Shown piece after piece: positions 48,275 to 54,893 of a stretch of 64,000 nt of DNA. The notes under the pieces were generated by a model. That model saw nothing but the letters and a program-made list of their open reading frames with translations. It was not told the DNA's origin and searched no databases. Both the position numbers and the translations under genes were made by a program. Source of the DNA: Candidatus Sungiibacteriota bacterium (GTDB lineage: Bacteria > Patescibacteriota > Minisyncoccia > Sungbacterales > HO2-52-23); the NCBI GenBank assembly GCA_016432465.1, contig CP066690.1, positions 850,724-914,723 of the forward strand, read 5' to 3'. Position 1 is the stretch's first letter. Every line of letters begins with the position of its first letter.

Positions 48275-49748
48275 GTTTTAATTTTTGTACTTCTTTTACA
48301 AATTGATCGCCTCTGTCAAACTCATTTAAAAATAAGCCAAAACTCGCCGCCCCGGGACTTAAAACAATATAATCTCCGTATTGAGCCAGCCGGTAAGCTT
48401 TTCTTACCGCATCCGACATAGACTTTGCCTCCATCGGGGTTAAACCTTGGTGCCAAGTTTTGACCTTGATAAGTTGAACGATTTTATCTGTTGCCGTACC
48501 CGGCAGAAAAATGACTATATCCGCGTTCTTTTTGATCATTGCCGCCAATCCATGAAAATCAAGTTTTTTATCTGATCCGCCGGCAATGAGAATAAGTTTA
48601 CGTGGCCTTGGGGCGCGCATGCGGAACCGTTTAATAGCCGCCATGGCTGCTTCGGGTATGGTGGACGTGGTGTCGTTTATAAAATTTATGCCCTTGACCC
48701 TGCCTATATGCTTTTGTCTTCCCGGAAGCCCGCGGAAAGAGCGTAAAATCTTTTCAATTCTGCTTGGACTTATTTTAAAATGTCTAGCTACGGCAATTGC
48801 CAGAGCCGTTGACTCTCTAAATTGACTGCCGAGTTTTTTATCAACAATAAGGCGAAGGTGTTTTGGGAGTCTCGGGAATACAACATGCGAATGAGCGCTT
48901 TTTGCGAGTCCCCGTACTATTTTGTCTTTCGTATTGGCAAAGAGGTAATCTTTTTTGCCCTGAAATTTAAAGATTATACTTTTGGATTGTAAATAATCCC
49001 TGAAGCCCCTATGCCAGTTGAGGTGGTCTCGGAAGATGTTAGTGAGAACAGCAATGTGTGGACTCTTTTTTTGCCGGGCCAAGTCCTTTAGCTGAAAACT
49101 TGAGAGTTCAAGAACTACCAGATCGTTCCTTTTTAAATGCGGCAAAAAATCCAGTACCGACTTTCTGATATTGCCGCCAAGGTAAACACGCGCAAACCCC
49201 GTTTTTAAGAATTTCCAGATAAGATGGGCCGTGGTTGATTTTCCGCGGGTTCCGGTAATGCCAATGATTTTCGCCGGACAGGCGCCAAAGAAAAGTCCCA
49301 TATCACTTGTTATGGGTATGCGGTGCTTCTTGGCCAGTTTTAGGTACGGAGAATTGGGCTGTACCCCGGGGTTTTTAACTATTAAATCGTGGCCTATAAA
49401 ATCTTTTTTCCGATGTTTCCCCAATATATAACGGACGTTTTTAAGTCCACGGAGTTTATCCAAGGCCGGGGTTAGGATCCGGCGCGGCCTAAGATCGGTT
49501 ACTGTAACTTGTGCTCCGGCCCGAGCCAAAAACTTAACCGTTCCCACTCCCCCGTCATGCAGGCCCAAACCCATTACCAGCACTCTTTTATCCCCCCACC
49601 TTCCCAGAATACCCGCAGCTTGGGAAGTCAGACTTCCCTTGCTGCGGGGATGAATGGGTGTCGTAGAAATCCTTCCCGCGGGGTCCAATACCCCGCTGGG
49701 AAGGTGGGGGGATTTATTTTTAAAGTTCGTAAATTTTGACTCTGACAT
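48255..49748 (-). CDS. murD: UDP-MurNAc-L-Ala--D-Glu ligase with a 42-aa MITE insertion at the N-terminus
   Basis: VMGLG, GTRGKST, ELSSFQL, NDTTST and LSPGAASF. Confidence 0.95.
   Translation of the reverse strand: MSESKFTNFKNKSPHLPSGVLDPAGRISTTPIHPRSKGSLTSQAAGILGRWGDKRVLVMGLGLHDGGVGTVKFLARAGAQVTVTDLRPRRILTPALDKLRGLKNVRYILGKHRKKDFIGHDLIVKNPGVQPNSPYLKLAKKHRIPITSDMGLFFGACPAKIIGITGTRGKSTTAHLIWKFLKTGFARVYLGGNIRKSVLDFLPHLKRNDLVVLELSSFQLKDLARQKKSPHIAVLTNIFRDHLNWHRGFRDYLQSKSIIFKFQGKKDYLFANTKDKIVRGLAKSAHSHVVFPRLPKHLRLIVDKKLGSQFRESTALAIAVARHFKISPSRIEKILRSFRGLPGRQKHIGRVKGINFINDTTSTIPEAAMAAIKRFRMRAPRPRKLILIAGGSDKKLDFHGLAAMIKKNADIVIFLPGTATDKIVQLIKVKTWHQGLTPMEAKSMSDAVRKAYRLAQYGDYIVLSPGAASFGLFLNEFDRGDQFVKEVQKLKHDGKRR
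49587..49717 (+). mobile_element. MITE family A copy, in-frame in murD (net 126 bp)
   Basis: Same TIRs and TTTAT duplication; +19-bp sub-insert and -1 bp. Confidence 0.88.
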
Positions 49749-49750
49749 TT

Positions 49751-51328
49751 TTATGTTTTTCTTAAAACTCTGCCCGCTCGTGCGTCCATAAATCTGCCTT
49801 CTTCAACCGCAACCTCACCGTTTATTATAACCCACTCTATTCCGGCAGGATACCGATAGGGGTTGCGGTAGCTTGCTCTATCTTTAAGCAGTTTTGGGTC
49901 AAATACGACAATATCGGCAAAGTTCCCGCTTTTTATCAGGCCGCGCTGTTTAATACCCATTTTTTTTGCCGGTCCGTAGGTAATTTTTTGTATGGCCTCT
50001 TCCGGTGATAGGACGGTCAGTTCTTTTACGAAGCGATGCCAAAAGTGCGGGAAGGCCCCAAAGGATCTTGGGTGGATAAGGTTGCCGGACTTATACTCCT
50101 CCTGTTTGTAGCCAACGCCGTCGCTGGCGATAAAAGAACTTTTGTCCCGCACTTCCAGTTCAGTATTTCTTTGAGAGACAGTCCGGCCGACAATACCAAC
50201 GCGTCCGTCGTTGGCCAGCAATATATTCAATAAAGTATCTTCCGTAGATGTTCCGCCCTCCTCTGCCAGCTCCGCCAGAGTATGTCCCACCGCGGTTTTA
50301 GTGCGGGCAGAAGTTATAAGAATTTTATCATAGTGAAGCGTGTGGGTTTTTAATTCTTCTATAATACGTCTTTTGATGATCGGGTCCTTGATTCTTTCAA
50401 AAAGCTTAGTGAATCCTCCGTCGCGCGTCCAGGGCGGAAGCAAAAGATAGAGCGGAGAACCGGTAGTGGGGTAAGGTGAGACGTCAAAATTTATGTCTAC
50501 TCCTGTTGCGCGGGCTTTTTCTATGAGTTCCAGCGTTTTTGGTAGAAAGGGCCACGATTTTTTACCGATGGCTTTCAGATGGCTTATTTGAACGGAGACC
50601 CCTGCTTCGCGGCCTATGCGTATGGCCTCATTAACGCTCGCCAGAATTTCTTTTCCCTCGGATCTCAAATGAATTTTTATCAGGCCGTTCTCTTGCGCAA
50701 CTATCCGTGCTATGTCAACTATCTCCTCGGTTGTAGATAGCCGCTCGTGTCCGTAGGCGAGGCCCAAGGACAGTCCAAAAGCCCCCTCCTTTATCCCCTC
50801 ACGCAAAAGATGCTGTTTTAGTTTTTCGCGTTCTTCAAGATTTAATAAGCGCATCTCATCCCCCAACACGCCACGTCTTAACGTGCCATAGCCAATTAAT
50901 GTTCCGAAGTTAATCCCCGGATGTAATTTATTCACAGTTGAAAGAAATTCGTCCATGGTGGCCCAATCAACGCTTACTTCGGAAAGATCGGCCCATTTTT
51001 TAATGGCGTCTACAGCCGCTGGTGTTCCAAGCGGAGCAAGAGAAGTGCCGCAATTACCGCCAATGATTGTGGTTATCCCCTGCATTACCAGCGATTCCAG
51101 CAGCGGATATTTAAAAAGAGTGAGGCGGGTATCGGAATGATTGGTAATATCAATAAATCCCGGCGTTACGTATTTTCCGGAAGCGTCAATGATTGTCGTT
51201 GCATTTACGCCTCCCAGCGACCCCATTTCTTCAATGGTATCTCCGTTTATGGCTAAGTCAGTCACAAGAGGCATGTTGCCAGAACCGTCAATTATCGTGC
51301 CGGATTTGATGAGAATATCATAGGCCAT
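49751..51328 (-). CDS. N-acyl-D-amino-acid deacylase (amidohydrolase family)
   Basis: PGFIDITNHSD, GITTIIGGNCG, HPRSFGAFP and ADIVVFD. Confidence 0.88.
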   Translation of the reverse strand: MAYDILIKSGTIIDGSGNMPLVTDLAINGDTIEEMGSLGGVNATTIIDASGKYVTPGFIDITNHSDTRLTLFKYPLLESLVMQGITTIIGGNCGTSLAPLGTPAAVDAIKKWADLSEVSVDWATMDEFLSTVNKLHPGINFGTLIGYGTLRRGVLGDEMRLLNLEEREKLKQHLLREGIKEGAFGLSLGLAYGHERLSTTEEIVDIARIVAQENGLIKIHLRSEGKEILASVNEAIRIGREAGVSVQISHLKAIGKKSWPFLPKTLELIEKARATGVDINFDVSPYPTTGSPLYLLLPPWTRDGGFTKLFERIKDPIIKRRIIEELKTHTLHYDKILITSARTKTAVGHTLAELAEEGGTSTEDTLLNILLANDGRVGIVGRTVSQRNTELEVRDKSSFIASDGVGYKQEEYKSGNLIHPRSFGAFPHFWHRFVKELTVLSPEEAIQKITYGPAKKMGIKQRGLIKSGNFADIVVFDPKLLKDRASYRNPYRYPAGIEWVIINGEVAVEEGRFMDARAGRVLRKT

Positions 51329-51407
51329 GATTTTATTGTACGAAGAAAATCGGCTTGAAGCAAAGCCGAGTTTGACTCGGGAAGACCGAGTTTGACTCGG
51401 CAAAATC

Positions 51408-51438
51408 AAAATCCACCGAGTGATACTCGCTGGATTTT
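51408..51438 (-). terminator. Intrinsic terminator closing the 54.6-51.4 kb transcript
   Basis: AAAATCCAGCGAGT...ACTCGGTGGATTTTGATTTT. Confidence 0.65.
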
Positions 51439-51539
51439 GGTTTTCCCTCCTTAAGTGGGACGGGGAGGAGAGAGTTTCTCAACTTGGCACTGCGACAAGT
51501 CGCAGTTACCAAGCTCCCGTCCCGCTTAAAAAGGGAACC
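51439..51539. ncRNA. Candidate ~100-nt rod-like structured RNA/DNA element
   Basis: Nested pairings TTAAGTGGGACGGG/CCCGTCCCGCTTAA and CTTGG-ACTGCGAC/GTCGCAGT-CCAAG. Confidence 0.4.
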
Positions 51540-51574
51540 AGCTGATTCTTGTCAAACATTCGATGTTTGACATT

Positions 51575-51643
51575 TTTCAGTTTAAGAACCTGGAAGTTTC
51601 CCTCCACCCAATTTTCCAAAATAATTTTGAAAAACTTGGTGGA
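51575..51643. repeat. 69-bp intergenic hairpin repeat, copy 1
   Basis: 68/69 identical to 52904-52972. Confidence 0.92.
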
Positions 51644-51693
51644 AGGGGGGTTAAATGTTGCCATTTAATCCTCCCCTGGTGGGCTGAGGGCCT

Positions 51694-51795
51694 TTACGGG
51701 AAGGCCCAGTATAGGAGGGCAGACAGCAGAAAAAAAACCGTAATGGCGGTCGCCATAAGAATGATGGCAGCCAACGATGACCTCCAATTCTTCAT
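51694..51795 (-). CDS. 33-aa hydrophobic peptide MKNWRSSLAAIILMATAITVFFLLSALLYWAFP
   Basis: GGGGGAG SD; single TM; translated by hand. Confidence 0.5.
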   Translation of the reverse strand: MKNWRSSLAAIILMATAITVFFLLSALLYWAFP

Positions 51796-51891
51796 AATAG
51801 ACTCCCCCTTTTTTGTTTTTCTGCGCCGACCCATTCGACGCAGCATTTGAACCATAAATATTTCTAATCCAAAGGCTGCGTCGCAATATGC

Positions 51892-51959
51892 TAAAGAACT
51901 TTGAGGCTATTCCTCAACCAAGTTTTCTAAAAGTGTTTCTAAAAAACTTAGGTGAGGGG
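51892..51959. repeat. Diverged copy of the 69-bp hairpin repeat
   Basis: AAGAACTT...CCTCAACCAAGTTTT...AAAACTTAGGTGAGG keeps the stem despite sequence changes. Confidence 0.7.
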
Positions 51960-51992
51960 TGGTCTGGTAGTGGCCAGACCACCCACGATGGT

Positions 51993-52379
51993 TTAGTCGC
52001 CGCGCTTGCAGCCATTTCTGGCTGCCTCGCGATCCAAGATGAGGATCCAGTTGGAGGAGTTTGTACTTCTCCGGTAGACCCGGAGATAGGCCCCGGTTCC
52101 TTCCATTCTGAATTCTCTGGTAAGGGTCTGGGCGCTGAATGGTCCCAGACCGGCGACGAAAACCGCGTCCTTGTCGAGAGCCGCCACCGACAAATCCCCA
52201 TTGGGGCCGGTGGCCAGCATAGCGTTTGCGACCGCAAGCTCGTCCTGAACCTCAACGAGCTTTTTCTCGGTCGTCACCTGCTTGCTGTGCTGGGCTGTCC
52301 AGCCCAACGAGAGCACGATGCCGGCGATGATCAGGACGACGATAATCAGCGATAGCCATGAGTTTATCTTGTTGCTCAT
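51993..52379 (-). CDS. Hypothetical membrane-anchored protein
   Basis: AAGGAG SD; N-terminal TM. Confidence 0.6.
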   Translation of the reverse strand: MSNKINSWLSLIIVVLIIAGIVLSLGWTAQHSKQVTTEKKLVEVQDELAVANAMLATGPNGDLSVAALDKDAVFVAGLGPFSAQTLTREFRMEGTGAYLRVYRRSTNSSNWILILDREAARNGCKRGD

Positions 52380-52477
52380 GCCCTTTCTCCTTCTTTTCTG
52401 CCACCGTTAAGGGTGGCGTTTCGGTTTTTTGCACCCTAGCCAAGAATTTGGCTCGGGCGCATCAGCAAATCACTTGC

Positions 52478-52852
52478 TTACTCGCCCGGATCTTCCTCGT
52501 CTTCAACCAGTTCGGGGTATCCTCCCCGGTCAAAACGCGGGACGAATTCCTCCCAGATCGTAGGGAGGACCAAACACACCATGTCTGGGTCAACCGTGAA
52601 GTTGACCCCTATGATCTCTGAAATCCGCTCCGCGAGCAGCCTGCGGTCCGCCGCAGTGCCTCCCTTTATGAAAAAATGTTTATCGCCAACCGTTGTCTGG
52701 TGCCCCGGCACCAGACCGGCGATGGACCGCGCTAGCGGACAGTCCGCGATTTTCCCGCGGATGCCTCGCGGAAGTGCGTCCAGCTCCGGATGTCCAAAGG
52801 CAGCCCGGAGCTTATTTACCAGCTCCAGCACCGGACGGAGATCCGTTTTCAT
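52478..52852 (-). CDS. Hypothetical protein (CPLA motif)
   Basis: GGGGGAG SD; 124 aa. Confidence 0.6.
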   Translation of the reverse strand: MKTDLRPVLELVNKLRAAFGHPELDALPRGIRGKIADCPLARSIAGLVPGHQTTVGDKHFFIKGGTAADRRLLAERISEIIGVNFTVDPDMVCLVLPTIWEEFVPRFDRGGYPELVEDEEDPGE

Positions 52853-52903
52853 GGTTTATTCTCCCCCCTTTACTATAGAGGTCGGACCTCTATAGTAAGT
52901 ATC

Positions 52904-52972
52904 TTTCAGTTTAAGAACTTGGAAGTTTCCCTCCACCCAATTTTCCAAAATAATTTTGAAAAACTTGGTGGA
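52904..52972. repeat. 69-bp intergenic hairpin repeat, copy 2
   Basis: 68/69 identical to 51575-51643. Confidence 0.92.
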
Positions 52973-53007
52973 GGGGCTGATCCGGCAAAGGCCGGACCAG
53001 CCACCTG

Positions 53008-53826
53008 TTACTTCTTGGAGGCCCCTTCCCGAGCCTCCATCGCGTGGATCAGCCCCAGGATCGTGTTGATCTTGACCGCCCAGCCCATGCGCTGGGAGTT
53101 CATGATCGTGCCCTGGGCCAGGCCCACCAGCTCAAACTGCCCGTCGCGCAGGGCCACCACCGGCGTCCCGCTGTCCCCCGGGTTCAGCCCGTTGGAGACC
53201 ATGAAGATGCTCCCCAGGCGCGCGATCGTGCCCAGCATCCCGGGCGGCCGGAGGTTCGACACGATCCCCTCGCGCACGTTGATCCCGGAGTTCATCGGGT
53301 TGCCGATCACGTACACGAAGTTCCCCAGCCGCAGGTCATCGCTGTTGCCGATCCGGTACGGGAAGGACGGCAGCCTGACGCGGTCCGGCACCCGGAAGAT
53401 CAGCACGTCCTCCCCCTCATCCACCAGCGCCCGCTCCAGCGGGACCTCTTTTCCATTCCACTGGAGCGTCGTGAGCTCAGCAACTTTCGTTGCCGGCTCA
53501 ACCAGGGTCCCAAAGGGGGTGCGGTGCTCGATCTGCTTGATGGAGGCCACGTGGTTCAGGGTTAGGATGTACTTGCCGAGCAGCACGACCCCCGTCCCCT
53601 CCATGTCCCGCTGGAGCAGCCCGCCATCCTCCCGCCGGAACTCGGCCACGGTCCGGATGGCGACCATCGACTCGACGATCCGCTCAATGGACATCTCCCG
53701 GCGGTCCAGCAGCACGTTGTTGTAGTCGTACGTGCTGGACCGTAGGGCGTTTCCGGCAGGCAGGGTTGCGCACCCTGCCACGCCGACTAAAACGGCGATG
53801 AGCAGTGCGATCCGCCTACCTACCAT
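53008..53826 (-). CDS. Trypsin-like (S1C) serine protease lipoprotein, no PDZ domain
   Basis: Lipobox VAGC; triad TLNHV / D / NPGDSG; AAGGAGG SD. Confidence 0.88.
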   Translation of the reverse strand: MVGRRIALLIAVLVGVAGCATLPAGNALRSSTYDYNNVLLDRREMSIERIVESMVAIRTVAEFRREDGGLLQRDMEGTGVVLLGKYILTLNHVASIKQIEHRTPFGTLVEPATKVAELTTLQWNGKEVPLERALVDEGEDVLIFRVPDRVRLPSFPYRIGNSDDLRLGNFVYVIGNPMNSGINVREGIVSNLRPPGMLGTIARLGSIFMVSNGLNPGDSGTPVVALRDGQFELVGLAQGTIMNSQRMGWAVKINTILGLIHAMEAREGASKK

Positions 53827-53985
53827 GACACGCCTCCTTGCTCCCTCGGGAGCTCTTATGCAGGCACTATGCCTGCCTGAAAAGATCTTTTTGAGGATCT
53901 TTTTTATTCCTCAACTGAAACCCGAACATTATTATAATGACTCCAGAGTTCGGAACTCAATTGAGGAACAGTCACGTATCCCGTA

Positions 53986-54048
53986 TTAAGGGGCAGTGAC
54001 TGCCGCCACAATGAAAATGGTTACGATAACTGCGGCAAGAAGTTCCAT
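53986..54048 (-). CDS. Candidate 20-aa hydrophobic peptide MELLAAVIVTIFIVAAVTAP
   Basis: AT-rich leader with AAAAGGTCG (also upstream of the 22835 gene); entirely hydrophobic core. Confidence 0.35.
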   Translation of the reverse strand: MELLAAVIVTIFIVAAVTAP

Positions 54049-54091
54049 AGTTTTAAGTTTTAAATTATTAAATCGACCTTTTATTATTTTT

Positions 54092-54344
54092 GAGAGAAGG
54101 ATGAAGAAGAGTTTTGAAGTATTGACGGTTTGACGGAACTGACGCCTCTAAAGTTAGTAGGCAAGTTTTATTTTTCCGTACCGCCCCCTCCTAGTCTGCA
54201 AATATAGTTTGTGACCAGACAGAGGATTGATCTTTACAAAAGTTTGTTATATGATTGCACTTGGAAAGTGAAATTATATTAAGCGTAAAGATTACTCCTG
54301 TAGTCCAGCCACGATATTTGCACCCTCCTCCTCATCCTTCTCTC
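54092..54344 (-). ncRNA. Candidate ~250-nt multibranch structured RNA
   Basis: 20-bp closing helix with two G-U pairs on the minus strand; three internal hairpin domains. Confidence 0.5.
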
Positions 54345-54447
54345 TCCGATGTCATCTCCATCCTCCGTAGCTGTAACGACAGCTACTGCGGAGGACGGGC
54401 GCCAAAGCTTTAGGCGTAGGCGGATCCTCCTGACATCGGGAAGAGGA

Positions 54448-54565
54448 ACGAAAACAGGCTCTCGGAGAGAGCCTGTTTTCGTCAAGTTTAATCTTTAAAT
54501 TTACGGCTTTTAACCACTGCCGTTTGTGGCTCTCTCCTTAATTAATGTTTTTAAAAGTCCGTTAC
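54448..54565 (-). promoter_or_regulatory. Candidate attenuator/riboswitch leader
   Basis: Terminator at 54448-54482; GGAGAGAGCC antiterminator complementary to GGCTCTCTCC; competing helices. Confidence 0.55.
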
Positions 54566-54571
54566 CTTATC

Positions 54572-54600
54572 AGTATAGCATATTATTTAAACTTTGTCAA
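54572..54600 (-). promoter_or_regulatory. Near-consensus sigma70 promoter
   Basis: TTGACA-17 nt-TATACT with extended TG. Confidence 0.75.
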
Positions 54601-54672
54601 TAGCAAAAAGGTTAAAAAATAAAAAGTGGCCATCATAAGCCATTTTTCATTCCTACCTTAACTAAAATTTAC

Positions 54673-54710
54673 TTTGTACACTTAAAAACGATCGATTTTA
54701 AGTGTACAAA
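54673..54710. repeat. 38-bp palindrome P38, copy 3
   Basis: TTTGTACACTTAAAAACGATCGATTTTAAGTGTACAAA. Confidence 0.9.
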
Positions 54711-54729
54711 GTTTACTTTATGACAAGAA

Positions 54730-54893
54730 ATGTTCGTGAAAGGACTCCACCTCGCATTTCCCTAGACGGCTTTGCCGCCGGTGGCTAGGCTCTTCGAGCC
54801 GCCATCCCGGCTAATGCCTAGGGAGATCCCGGCCTGAAAGGCCTAGGGACATCCACGGTCTTACGGCCATGGATTCCTGCGACGGCGGGTGAA
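54730..54893. mobile_element. Composite MITE/REP-like element (family B)
   Basis: End ATCCACGGTCTTACGGCCATGGATTCCTGCGACGGCGGGTGAA resembles the ends at 15278 and 19557. Confidence 0.5.

Noticed and set aside
51575-52972. 69-bp repeats as a CRISPR array
   Set aside because: Too long and separated by whole genes rather than 30-40-nt spacers
52790-53725. 311-aa plus-strand ORF sharing IFQFKNLEVSLHP with ORF 51563
   Set aside because: Antisense shadow of the GC-rich protease; the shared peptide is just the DNA repeat translated
54279-54485. 68-aa ORF ending NLYA*, considered as a protein or tmRNA tag
   Set aside because: Runs through a terminator and REP hairpins; no tmRNA acceptor or T-arm found
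54815-54893. Resemblance to a c-di-GMP-I riboswitch (GAAA loop, GGGAC)
   Set aside because: Lacks the GCAAA/P1 consensus, points into the mraY 3' end, and matches the multicopy family B end
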